Source: Chiloscyllium plagiosum (Eukaryota). Taken from it: 34,001 nt of DNA. Below the pieces are notes generated by a model, which worked only from the letters and a program-made list of their open reading frames with translations, was not told where the DNA came from and did not search any database. Made by a program: the position numbers and the translations under genes. The stretch is from positions 74,250,317 through 74,284,317 of the forward strand of contig NC_057719.1 of the NCBI RefSeq assembly GCF_004010195.1, written 5' to 3'. This document shows positions 1-11,271 of the stretch, one piece after another (positions within the stretch are counted from its first letter, which is position 1; the number at the start of each line of letters is the position of its first letter).

Positions 1-303
1 GAGATGTGTTGGAGGGCATCTTTAACCACGTGGGAAGGGAAATTGCGGTCTCTAAAGAAGGAGGCCATCTGGTGTGTTCTGTGGTGGAACTGGTCCTCCT
101 GGGAGCAGATACGGCGGAGGAATTGGGAATACGGGATGTCCTGGGCCTCCTTCACTGCCACTCCCTCACCACCAGATGCCTGGAGGAAGAACGCCTCATC
201 TTCCGCCTCGGAACACTTCAACCCTAGGGCATCAATGTGGACTTCAACAGTTTCCTCCAATGCTGCCTGATCTGCTGTGCTTCTCCAGCACCACAGTCTT
301 GAC
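1..303. mobile_element. Penelope-like element remnant with internal inversion, inserted in a CR1
   Basis: Plus strand ~135-256 reads LGLLHCHSLTTRCLEEERLIFRLGTLQP*GINVDFNSF (GIY-YIG C-terminal-like); ~1-130 reads on the minus strand FFRDRNFPSHVVKDALQHIS; 3' tail TGCTGCCTGATCTGCTGTGCTTCTCCAGCACCACA is shared with elements at 8824 and 29880. Confidence 0.75.
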
Positions 304-1590
304 ACTGATTAGGGATAGTCAACATGGCTTTGTGAATGGGAAATCTGGTCTCATGAACTTAATCGATTGAATTTTTTGAAGAAGTGCCAAAGAAGATTGA
401 TAAAGGCAGAGTAGTGCACTTTGTCTGTATGGACTTCAGTAAGGCATTCCACAAAGTTCCATTTGGTGGACTGGTTAGCAAGCTGAGATCATTTGGAATA
501 CAGGGTGAACTAGCCATTTGGATACAAAGTTGGCTTGAAGGTAGGAGACAGAGGGTGGTGGTGGAGGGTTTTTCAGACTGGAGATCTGTGACCAGTGATG
601 TGTTGCAAGGATCAGTGCTGAGTCCACTGCTTTTCATCATTTATATAAATGACTTGGATGTGAACATAGGAGGTTTAGCTCGTTAGTTTGCAGATGACAT
701 CAAAATTGGAGGTGTAGTGGACAGTGAAGAAGGTTACCTCGGAGTACCATGGGACCTTGATCAGATGGGCAAATGGGCAGAGGTGTGGCAGATGGAGTTT
801 AATTTTGATAAATGTGAGGTGCGGCATTTTGGTAAAACAAATCAGGACAGGAATTATACACTTCATGAGAAAGTTTGGGCAGTGTTGCCAAATAAAAAGC
901 CGTTAGGTGCAGGTTCTTAGTTAATTGAAAAGTGGAAAGGGTACTGATAAAGGCGTTTGGTACAGTTGCCTTTATTGTTCAGTACATTGAGTATAGGAGT
1001 TGTGAGGTCATGTTGCAGTGGTACAGAATATTGGTGAGGTCACATTTTGAATGCTGTGTTCAATTCTCATCTCCCTGCTATTGGAAAAATGTTGTGAAAC
1101 TTGAGAGGGTTCAGAAAAGATTGACAAATATGTTGCCAGGGTTAGAGGGTTTGAACTATTGGGAGAGGCTGAAAAGGCTGGAGCTGTTTTCCCTGGAGTG
1201 TCAGAGGCTGAGGAGTGACCTTATTGAGGTTTATAAAATCATGGAGGGCATGGATAGGATGAATTGTCAAGGTCTTTTCCCCAGGTTAGGGGACGTTCAA
1301 AACTAGAGGGCATAGGTTGAAGATGAGAGGGGAAACATTTAAAAAGGACCTACAGGTTAACCTTTTCATGTAAAGTGTGATGTGTGTATGGAATGAGCTG
1401 TCAGAGGAGGTAGTTGAGGCTGGTAGAATTAGAACATTTAAAGGGATTTGGATGAGTACATGAATAGGAACAGTTTAGAGGGATATAAGCCAAATGCTGG
1501 CAAATGGGACTAGACTTAATTTATGATATTTAGTCAGCATGGACAAGTTGGACCGAAGGGTCTTTACCACGCTTTATATCTCTGTCACAC
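304..1590 (+). mobile_element. CR1 LINE, decayed RT and 3' end
   Basis: SQHGF, MDFSKAFHKVP, QGSVLSPLLF, FADD and LERVQKR motifs with frameshifts; CR1 3' UTR. Confidence 0.92.
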
Positions 1591-3045
1591 TATCTGTTCA
1601 TAACATGGTCCATGTGTAGTACTGGCCCATAGTGAGGATGGTTTTTATTTATTGTGTGGACCCAGGACTGTGCTAAAGATAATCAATTCAGAACACATCT
1701 ACCTGCGCAAACTGTACATCCATAAGGTGTTTTGAGCCATTAGCAATGGCAGATTCAGTTAAACATGAAAATTACAGCATGTAAGGTATACACTCAAATT
1801 TACAGATTCTGTTCACTACAGTTGTACATATTAAATGCATACTAATTTTGAACAAGTTTTTGTTTATAATGCAATATCACTTGAATGGTCAACTTCATAG
1901 TTGCGGTTCTGGAATCCACATTATAGGAGCGATGTGATTGCATTGGAGAGGGTGCAGATGGGTGCATTTCTCCATCAGATGTTTTTCTGTGAATCTGTGC
2001 TCAATCCCTCAAGCCATGATAGAAATTTGGTCAGATGAGGCAGTAATGCTTTTAATAATCCTGTTAATACCTTAGATCAAGCAACTCAAAACTGGCCACC
2101 TTGACTGTGGGCCAAAGGTAGTAGCATTAATGCCTCTAATAAACCTATTAATACCTTAGATCAAGCAAGGATTCTGGGTAATCCAAGATGGAGGACAGGA
2201 AAAATTTCTGGCTGTAACAGCTGCTCCTTATTTGAGGTATTTTAGGGCTGGAGGTGATTTCCTCGAATTGTAGGAGCAACAATTACTGTTTTTTATACTA
2301 TTGCATTGTTTTGGAATTTTGGAAAAAAAAAGTCAAACAACAGCAGTTTTAAAAGGGAGAAGAACAGACAAAGGAAGCACAAGGTGAGTTCATTGCAGGG
2401 GGGGTAAGAGAGAGAGAGAACGAAACTGCAGTTACTGCCTTTACTGATTGAATTCATGTATCGCTGGATATCGGAGTGCATCTGGGAAAATTAACAAACA
2501 GTGAAATTCACAACTGATCTTGGAGGAACTGTTGGGCGAAGTTCACAGCACAGAATCAGATAAGTTAATTGTTTTAAGTGTGGCCTACAGAGAATCTGCA
2601 GGTGAGGTGCCGGAAGACTGGAGGTTGGCTAACATGATGCCACTATTTAAGAAGGGTGGTAAGGACAAGCCAGGGAACTATAGACAGTGAGCCTGACGGT
2701 GGTGGGCAAGTTGTTGGAGGGAATCCTGAGGGACAGGATGTACATGTATTTGGAAAGGCAAGGACTGATTAGGGATAGTCAACATGGCTTTGTGCATGGG
2801 AAATCATGTCTCACAAACTTGATTGAGTTTTTTGAGGAAGTAACAAAGAGGATTGATGAGGGCAGAGGGGTAGATGTGATCTATATGGACTTCAGTAAGG
2901 CGTTTGACAAGATTCCCCACGGGAGACTGATTAGCAAGGTTAGATCTCGCAGAATACAGGGAGAACTAGCCATTTGGATACAGAACTGGCTCAAAGGTAA
3001 AAATCACACAACACCAGGTTATAGTCCAACAGGTTTAATTGGAAG

Positions 3046-3082
3046 CACACTAGCTTTCGGAACGACGCTCCTTCATCAGGTG
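3046..3082 (-). ncRNA. Putative minimal type-I hammerhead ribozyme (mirror copy)
   Basis: Reverse complement reads CACCTGATGAAGGAGCGTCGTTCCGAAAGCTAGTGTG. Confidence 0.6.
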
Positions 3083-3093
3083 ATAGTGACTAT

Positions 3094-3130
3094 CACCTGA
3101 TGAAGGAGCGTCGCTCCGAAAGCTAGCGTG
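3094..3130 (+). ncRNA. Putative minimal type-I hammerhead ribozyme
   Basis: CAC-CTGATGA-A-GGAGC-GTC-GCTCC-GAAA-GC-TA-GCGTG: conserved core, stem II hairpin, palindromic AGCT in place of stem III. Confidence 0.65.
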
Positions 3131-4689
3131 CTTCCAATTAAACCTGTTGGACTATAACCTGGTGTTGTGATTTTTAACTTTGTACACGCCAGTCCAACAC
3201 CGGCATCTCCAAATCATGGCTCAAAGGTAGAAGACAGTGGTGGTGGAGGGTTGTTTTTCAGACTAGAGGCCTGTGACCAGTGGAGTGCCACAAGGATTGG
3301 TGCTGGGTCCTCTACTTTTTGTCATTTACATAAATGATTTGGATGCGAGCATAAGAGATACAGTTAGTAAGTTTGCAGATGACACAAAATTGGAGGTGTA
3401 CTGCACAGCGAAGAGGGTTACCTCACTCAGATTACAACAGGATCTTGACCAGATGGGCCATTGGGCTGAGAATTGGCAGATGGAGTTGAATTCAGATAAG
3501 TGTGAGGTGCTGCATTTTGGGAATGCAAATCTTAGCAGGACATATACACTTAATGGTAAGGTCCTAGGAAGTGCAGGTTCATAGCTCCTTGAAAGTGGAG
3601 TCGCAGGTAGATAAGATAGCAAAGAAGGCGTTTGGCATGCTTTCCTTTATTGGGCAGAGTATTGAGTACGGGAGTTGGGAGGTCATGTTCCGGCTGGTAC
3701 AGGACATTGGTTAGGCCACTGTTGGAATATTGTGTGCAATTCTGGTCTCCTTCCTATTGGGAAGATGTTGTGAAACTTGAAAGGGTTCAGAAAAGATTTA
3801 CAAGGATGTTGCCAGGGTTGGAGGATTTAAGCTATAGGGAGAGGCTGAACAGGCTGGGGCTGTTTTCTCTGGAGTGTCAGAGGCTGAGAGGTGACCTTAT
3901 AGAGGTTTATAAAATCATGGGGGGCATGGATAGGATAAATAGGCAAAGTCCTTTCCCTGGGATCAGGGAGTCCAGAACTAGAGGGCATAGGTTTAGGGTG
4001 AGAGGGGAAAGATATAAAAGAGACCTGCAGGGCAACTTTTTCACACAGAAGGTGGTATGTGTATGGAATGAGCTGCCAGAGGAAGTGGTAAAGGCTAGTA
4101 CAATTGCAACATTTAAGAGGCATTTGGACGGGTATTTGAATAGGAAGGGTTTGGAGGGATATGGGCTGGATGCTGGCAGGTGGGACTAGATTGGGTTGAG
4201 ATATCTGGTCGGCGTGAACAGGTTGGACCGAAGGATCTGTTTCCGTGCTGTACGGCTCTACAATTCTACGACAAGGGAATACCACCACCTGCAAGTTGCT
4301 GTCCAAGTCACTAGCCATTCTGAGTTGGAAATATATTGCAGATCTTCAGCAATACTTTCAGCAGAGTCTCCCATCTTTCCTCACACACCATTAACTGTCC
4401 AACCTCACTGAAGAATCCACATTTCTTGCAAAGATTGGCAGCAGAAAGCATCCTAGAGGGATGAGGCTCACTTTAGGTGTCAACATCACGTTCTCCTTTA
4501 CACGCAGAAGCCAATCTGGATGCACAGAGGTCTTCCGCAGCTCTTAATAGGTGGTTTAGCTAAACAGTCTCTAATCATTCACTCTGTAGGTTTGCAGAGG
4601 TTTGATCTATTCTTTGGTTGTGCACTTTTTACAAAGTAAGTTTGGATTATAGGTTTTTACAATGGGAGAAAAAAATACTCTCAAACATA

Positions 4690-5440
4690 ATCTTTGTATC
4701 ATCGATAGTGACAGGTAAGGTGCTGGAAGACTGCAGGTTGGCTAACATGGTGCCACTATTTAAGAAAGGTGCGAAGGAAAATCCAGGGCAATACAGACCA
4801 GGCAGCCTGACATCAGTGGTCCCCAAGTTGTTGGAGGGAATCCTGAGGGACAGGATTTACATGTATTTGAAATGCAAGGACTGATTAAGGATAGTCAACA
4901 TGGCTTTGTGCGTGGGAAATCCTATCTCACTAACTTACGATTGGGTTTTTTGAAGAAGTAACAAAGAAGATTGATGAGGGCAGAGTGATGGATGGGATCT
5001 ATATGGACTTCAGTAAAGCATTCGACAAGGTTCCACATGGCAGCCAAGTTAGCAAGGTTAGATCAAATGGAATACAGGGAGAACTAGACATTTGGATACA
5101 GAACTGACTCGAAGATAGAAGACAGAGGGTGGTGGTGGAGGGTTCCTTTACACACTGAGAACCTGTGACCGGTGGTGTGCCACAAGGATTGGTGGTGGGT
5201 CCACTGCTTTTTGTGATTTTTAAAAATGATTTGGATGTGAACAGAGGAGGTATAGTTAGCAAGTTTGTAGATGACACCAAAATTGGAGGTGTAGTGGACA
5301 GCGAAGGTTACCACAGAGTACAACAGGATCTTGATCAGATGGGCGAATGGGCTGAGGAGTGGTAGATGTACTTTCATTTAGATAATTGTGAGGTGTTTAA
5401 TTTTGGAAAGGCAAATTAGAGCAGTTTGTATACACCTAAT
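4690..5440 (+). mobile_element. CR1 LINE RT fragment
   Basis: ANMVPLFKKG...YRPGSLTS, GVPQGLVVGPLLF and FVDDTK motifs. Confidence 0.9.
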
Positions 5441-5629
5441 GATGTTGGGGGTGGGGGAGGGAATCAGTTATAGGGGACATTAGAAAATCAAAATTAAAGC
5501 AGGAGGTAAGAGTACATGTTAGCAATGTGGCAGATGGTTACCAGACAATAAAGGTGAGGGACAGAAAGGTGAATATCTTAATGCACCATGGAATTCTTAA
5601 AAAGTAGGGAAATTTACCAGTGGAACAAT

Positions 5630-8062
5630 TTTAAAAGTTTTGTATTTAAGTGCATGAAGCATTCAAAATAAAGTGGATCAACTAATCATGCAGATAGATG
5701 TAAATGGGTACAATATAATTGGGATTATGGAGACTTAGCCATAGGCTGACCATGGATGGGAACTGAGTGTCCATGGTGGTCAGTATTTAGGAAGGACAAG
5801 CAAAAAGAAGAAATGGTGGAGTGGCATTGCTGGTTAAAGAGAAAATTAACACAATAGTGATGAAATATATTAGCTCTGACAGGGTGGAGTCTACATGGGT
5901 TGAATTGAGAATACCAAGGGGCAAAACAAATTAGAGGATGTCCTATATAGACCACAAACTGATTGGCCCCAAGGTCCCGCACTTCCCGCGGGAGCCTGTG
6001 CCCCACAACCTGAGCCGCCTCCGGAATTTTAATTTTGTTCCCTTCCAGGGGGTAAAAAGGCGGGCCCTGTATAGACTGCTGCTGCACACCGTCCACCTCT
6101 TCTCCCTCATCCACCGTCTGGACACGCCTTGGCATGCCCATTTGCCACCGGGTGGTGGGGATCTCCAGTGGAGGACTCTCTACGTGGGAGTCCTCCCCCT
6201 TTCTCTCAGGGATCTGGGGTGGAGGGTGCTGCACACAGCAGTCCCCTGCAACCGCTCCTGATCTTCGGGCACCCGGTACGGAGGAGGGAGGGGAGATCTG
6301 AAGACCTCCTCGTAGGTCTGCTCCTGGGCCTGGCCAAACTGGCCATCAATATCTGACAGAACAACTCGAGAGCAGGCCATCTTAGACTGGGTACTGTGTA
6401 ATAAGAAGGGAATCATGGTCAGTCTAGCTGTGCAAGACCCATTGGGATTGAGTGACCATAACATGATGGAATCTTTTAATATATCAAGATGGAGAGTGAG
6501 ATAGTTGATTTGGAAACTAGGGTGCTGAATCTTAATAAAGGAAACTATGATGATATGAGGCATGAGTTGGCCTTGATAGATTGGGGAGAGTTACTTAAAG
6601 GGATGACAGCAGAGAGGAAGTGGGAAACATCAAGTAACACATGGGAGAAACCGCAACAACTGTTTATTCTTATCCGGCACAAAAGCAAAATGGGTAAGGC
6701 GGCCAATCCACAGATTACAAAGGAAATTAGCGATAGTATCTGACCCAAGGAAGAAGCATACAGATTGGCTAGGAAAAATAGTAGATCTAGATGATTGAGA
6801 GCAGTTTATAATTCATTAAAGAGCGATGAAGGAGAAACTACAGTTTGAAAGAATGCTTACAGGGAATATAAAGACTGACACTAAGAGTTTCTATAGATAC
6901 GTGAAAAGAAAGAGATGAGTGAAGAAAATGTAAATCCCAACAGACAGAAATGGGGGAATTTATAATAGGGGTCAAAGAAATGGCTGTGCAACTGAATATG
7001 GACTTTGGTTCAGTCTTCACAAAAAAGGACACAAATTAGATACCAGAAATGTTGAATGCAAGATTTAGTGAGAGGGAAGAACTGAGGGAGATCAATATTA
7101 GTAAAAGAATGGTGCTGGGAAAATTGAGGGGATTGAAGGCGGATAAATCCCCAGGGCTTGATAATCCACATCCAGATTACTTAAGGAAGTGGCTCCAGAA
7201 ATAGTGGATGCATTGGTGGTCAACTTCTAGGATTCTAGAGACTCTGGAAGAGTCCCTGCAGTTTTGAAGGTACCTAATGTTTCACCAATATCCAAAAGGG
7301 AGGTAGAGAGAAACCAGGGAATTACAGACCAGTAAGCCTAACATCGGTTGCAGGGAAAATCCTCAAATCCATTATCAAGGACCTTATAGTAGAGCATTTA
7401 GAAAGCAGTGGCAGAATCATACAGTGTCAGCATAGATATATGAAGGCAAAATCATGCTTGACAAACCTGTTGGAATTCTATGAAGATGTAACTTGTAGAA
7501 TTGACAAGGGGGAGCCAGTTGACGAGGTATATTTGGAAAGCTTTTGACAAAGTCCCACATAAGAGATTATTGTGCAAGATTGGGGAAAGTGTTTTAAGAT
7601 GGAGAGAAAACTGGTTGGCAGAGAGGAAACAAAATGTAGGAATTAATGGGTCCTTTTCAAATTGACAGGCAGTAACTAGTGGGGTGCCACAGGAATCAGT
7701 GCTGGGATCCCAGCTATTCACAATAAATATTAATGATTTAGATGAGGGAAGAAAATACAACACTGAAAGTTTGCAGATGAAACCAAGTTGGGTGCTTGGA
7801 TGTGATGAGGATGCAGAGATCCTTCAGCATGATCTAGACAGGTTGGGCGAGTGGGCAGATGCAGTAAAATTTGGATAAATGTGAGGTCATTCACTTTGGA
7901 AGCAAAAACAAGACGACAGATTACTAAGTGAATGGCTGTAAATTGAGACAGGGAATGTGCAGTGGGACCTGAGTGTTCTTCTGTACTGGTTGCTGAAAGC
8001 AAGCATGCAGGTGCAACAGGCAGTAAAGAAAGCAAATGGTATGTTGGCCTTCATTGCAAGAA
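5630..8062 (+). mobile_element. Older CR1 LINE ORF2 (endonuclease plus RT), heavily decayed, interrupted by a Tx1-like fragment
   Basis: APE-like motifs SIQNKVDQL...IIGIMET and TREQAILDWVLCN...LGLSDHNM; RT motifs NYRPVSLTS and GVPQESVLGSQLF. Confidence 0.85.
5960..6352 (+). mobile_element. Tx1/L1-clade LINE ORF2 C-terminal fragment
   Basis: GC-rich block translating LYRLLLHTVH...DTPW...WRTLY...DLGWRVLHTAVPCN and LIFG...LLLGLAKLAIN, as in Tx1-type ORF2 C-termini around the zf-RVT region. Confidence 0.75.
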
Positions 8063-8463
8063 ATCACTTACATGAATGACAAAAATTAGTGGACCCAGCA
8101 CCGATCCTTTTGGCACACGACTGGTCACAGGCCTCCAGTCTGAAAAGGAACCCTCCACCACCACACTATGTCTTCTAACTTGGAACCAAATCTGTATCCA
8201 GATGGCTAGTTCTCCCTGTATACCATGTGACCTAACCTTGCAAACCAGTTTACCATGAGTAACCTTGTTAAACGCCTTACTGAAGTCCATATAGATCACG
8301 TCAACCGTTCTGCCCTCATCGATCCTCTTCATTACTTCTTCAAAAAACTCAATCAAGTTAGTGAGACATGATTTCCCAAACACAAAGCAATATTGACTAT
8401 CCCTAATTATTCCTTGCCCATCCAAATACATGTAAATCTTCTCCCTCAGGATTTCCAACCAAG

Positions 8464-8776
8464 GGGCAGCACAGCAGCTCAGTGGTTAGCACTGCTGCCT
8501 CACAGCGCCAGGAACCAGAGTTCAATTCCTGCCTTGGTCGACTGTCTGTGTGGAGTTTGCACATTCTCCCTGTGTCTGCGTGGGTTTCCTCCCATAATCC
8601 AAAGATATGCAGGTCAGGTGAATTGGCCATGATAAATTTCCCATAGTGTTAGGTGCATTAGTCAGGGTTAAATATAGGGTAGGGGAATGGATCTGGGTGG
8701 GTTACTCTTCGGAGGGTCGGTGTGGATTTGTTAGGCCAAAGGGCCTGTTTCCTTACTGTGGAGAATCTGATCTAAT
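8464..8776 (+). mobile_element. HE1-type tRNA-derived SINE
   Basis: tRNA-like head (CAGTGGTTAGCAC...GAGTTCAATTCC), conserved core GTGTGGAGTTTGCACATTCTCCC, CR1-like tail GGGCCTGTTTCC...ATCTAAT. Confidence 0.9.
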
Positions 8777-8823
8777 TCAAAAGAAACTTGCCCATCACCG
8801 ATGTCAGGCTCACCAGTCTATAG

Positions 8824-9023
8824 CTAAGAATGTGTTGCTGGAAAAGCGCAGCAGGTCAGGCAGCATCCAAGGAGCAGGAGAATCGATGTTTCAGGCCTGA
8901 GCCCTTCTTCAGGAAAGGGCTCATGCTCGAAACATCGATTCTCCTGCTCCTTGGATGCTGCCGGACCTGCTGCGCTTTTCCAGCAACACATTCTCAGCTC
9001 TAATCTGCAGTCCTCACTTTCTC
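8824..9023. mobile_element. Penelope-derived fold-back mini-element (second family)
   Basis: Arms ~8822-8906 and ~8915-8999 are reverse complements; TSD CTCACC(A/G)GTCTATAG at 8809-8823 and 9024-9038. Confidence 0.85.
8881..8914 (-). ncRNA. Putative minimal hammerhead ribozyme
   Basis: Reverse complement TC-CTGAAGA-A-GGGC-TCAG-GCCT-GAAA-CA-TC-GATT. Confidence 0.55.
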
Positions 9024-9280
9024 CTCACCGGTCTATAGTTCACTTGCCTTTTCTTACCACTTTTCTTAAATAGTGACACCGTGTTAGCCAACCTTCAGTT
9101 TTCTGGCACCTCACCGTAACTATTGATGATACAAATATCTCAGCATGGGAGCCAGCAATCACTTCCCTAGCTTCCCAAAGAATTTGAGGGTACACCTGAG
9201 CAGGTCTTGGGGATTTATCCAACTTTATGTGTTTTAAGACATCCAGCAGCTCCTCCTCTGTTAGATGGACATTTATTCAA

Positions 9281-9604
9281 GATTAGAGTAGATTAGATTA
9301 GATTACTTACAGTGTGGAAACAGGCCCTTCGCCCCACCAAGCCCACACCGACCCACTGAAGCGCAACCAACCCAGACCCATTCCCTTACATTTCACCCCT
9401 TCACCTAACACTACGGGCAATTTAGCATGGCCAATTCACCTAACCTGCACATTTTTGGACTGTGGGAGGAAACCGGAGCACCCGGAGGAAACCCACACAG
9501 ACACAGGGAGAATGTGCAAACTCCACACAGTCAGTCGCCTGAGGCGGGAATTGAACCCGGGTCTCTGGCGCTGTGAGGCAACAGTGCTAACCACTGTGCC
9601 ACCC
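9281..9604 (-). mobile_element. HE1-type SINE, full length
   Basis: Reverse complement of the same SINE, with an (AATCT)n tail at 9281-9305. Confidence 0.92.
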
Positions 9605-10119
9605 ATGTCACCATCTATTTCCTCACATTTTGTATCTTCCATTTCCTTCTCCACAGTAGACATTGATGCAAAATACTCATTTAGTATCTCCCCCATCTCC
9701 TGCGGTTCTACACACAGGCAGCCTTGCTGATCTTCAATGTGCCCTATTCTCTTCCTATTTATCCTTTTGTCCTTAGTGTATTTGTAGAATCCCTTTGCAT
9801 TCTTCTTAACCCTATTTGGCAAAGCTCTCTCATGTCTACATTTTGCCCTCCTGATTTCCCTCTTAAGTACTGCCTACTCCTACTGCTTTTATATTCTTCT
9901 AGGAATTCACTAGATCTCTGTTGTCTATCCCTTTTTATTCTTAACCAAAACATCCGTTTCTATAGTCATCTAGCATTCCCTGCACCTACCACCTTTGCCT
10001 TTCACCCTAACAGATTATTTTCAGTAGAATCTCTGACCCAACATGGGACCTAAAGTTCAGGAACATAATAAGAGGCAGAACAGACATAACAAGCAGATGC
10101 AAGCTTTTAAATTATGACA

Positions 10120-10125
10120 TTTATT
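10120..10125 (-). terminator. Candidate polyadenylation signal (AATAAA) of the ACOT gene
   Basis: TTTATT on the + strand at 10120-10125, about 560 nt downstream of the stop, near the end of an AT-rich non-repeat segment (putative 3' UTR). Confidence 0.55.
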
Positions 10126-10680
10126 GGAAATATTGGGAAGGAAACCAAGAAATATAGACTAGATACTGGTCGTGTCAACTTTCTGCAGTGATTGCTGCTC
10201 AATTTGGACATTTGTCACTAGAATTTTCTGTTTTTGAATTCCCCAACCCCTGATAGTCCATTAATTTGTTTAATTGATAAAAAGTGTTGGGCTTTTGCCA
10301 ATCACACAATGTTAGCTCCAAAATCTTAAATACTAATAGTGAATTCAACTCATCCTGAAACGATCCAAAAATAGTGACAATCTTGCTGAAAGCTTCACAT
10401 TTAAAAGAAAATGTTTTATCCAGTTAAAATATTGTTCAAATTTGTTAAAATGTAACTGACAGCTGAAAGTGATAAGAGATTTGGAGCAAGATAAGTGACA
10501 AGTTACAAGTTTCGGCATAGCAAAACAAGATTTTACACATTTAAATTCAGGGAAAATTAGAATTATCTACAAATTCGGAGAAAACTGTTATGCAAGTTAA
10601 TGATAAATTAACATGGATTAAGGTAAATCTGGGAAGAATGGAATTTTTCACTAATTAAGTGAAGTCAATACTAAATATTT

Positions 10681-11271
10681 TTACAACTTGCTCTGATGTT
10701 CGAGATGTTTTCGTAGAAATGCCTGCACCCTTGGCCACAGATCTATCTGTGCCAGTGCATGTGGTTTCACTTTCCCTCCCCATAACACAGGCTGTCCCAC
10801 CACTCGATGAAAAGAAGCATAGCAAAATGGAAAATATGAGGGCTCCAGGAGATGGCCAGCTTCAGGATAAGTAATAAGTTCATAATTCTCTTTGCCATTT
10901 TCTTTCAGTTTTTTAACAGCATGCTGAGCATAGAGTGGAGTTCTCCAATTCTTGTCATCTTCTCCAACCACAAACAAAAAATGGCCCTCAGCCTTTTCTA
11001 TTGGGATAATACAACCCTTGTTTTCTTCCTCCATTGGGTCATTTGTCACCTCAGAGATATCGATCAGCTTGGATTCTGAAAATTTGGCTCTTTCTAAATT
11101 AATACCAAGACCAGGAAGAGTGATGTCTTTGTAGTGCAGTTTCCCCAATGTGTTTGCATTGCATCCACCGATACTAACTGCTACTATCACATGTGGCAAA
11201 AATGTGGTCATCGAGAGAACTAGATCTCCTCCTTTTGAAATTCCTATTGCTCCAACTCCAGGACCCTTAAC
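10681..11271 (-). CDS. ACOT1-like: ACOT-family thioesterase, coding exon 3 (catalytic alpha/beta hydrolase part; C-terminal SKL)
   Basis: Acceptor TTTCTCAG| at 11272/11271. Translation VKGPGVGAIGISKGGDL (nucleophile Ser codon 11238-11236)...VVGEDDKNW (Asp)...YPEAGHLLEP (His)...HLEHQSKL*; TAA at 10683-10681. Spliced CDS is 469+203+591 = 1263 nt = 420 aa plus stop. Confidence 0.96.
   Translation of the reverse strand, partial: VKGPGVGAIGISKGGDLVLSMTTFLPHVIVAVSIGGCNANTLGKLHYKDITLPGLGINLERAKFSESKLIDISEVTNDPMEEENKGCIIPIEKAEGHFLFVVGEDDKNWRTPLYAQHAVKKLKENGKENYELITYPEAGHLLEPSYFPFCYASFHRVVGQPVLWGGKVKPHALAQIDLWPRVQAFLRKHLEHQSKL

Larger units (their letters stand above)
3000..3216. mobile_element. Penelope-derived fold-back mini-element with hammerhead cores on both strands
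   Basis: Arms ~2998-3087 and 3089-3176 are near-perfect reverse complements; TSD TGGCTCAAAGGTA at 2987-2999 and 3217-3229. Confidence 0.85.
2601..4270 (+). mobile_element. CR1 LINE (5'-truncated), interrupted by a Penelope-derived palindrome
   Basis: RT motifs in ORFs 2687, 3273 and 3632; 3' UTR ...GGACCGAAGGATCTGTTTCCGTGCTGTA. Confidence 0.93.
8065..10005 (-). mobile_element. CR1 LINE fragment hosting two SINEs and one Penelope-derived palindrome
   Basis: Minus-strand ORFs 8051-8458, 9040-9222 and 9436-9822 give consecutive CR1 ORF2 peptides. Confidence 0.9.

Noticed and set aside
2687..4189. RT-like ORFs as an active retroelement or prokaryote-like RT system
   Set aside because: All are fragmented, frameshifted CR1 ORF2 remnants; no intact ORF2 exists in the window.
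8464..8535. tRNA-like sequence
   Set aside because: It is the tRNA-derived head of a SINE, continuous with the SINE body.
9314..9730. Recurring peptide WPIHLTCT.LDCGRKPEHPEETH.DTGR.CKLHT (also 8403-8630 and 14886-15254)
   Set aside because: Translation of the HE1 SINE antisense strand, not a protein family.
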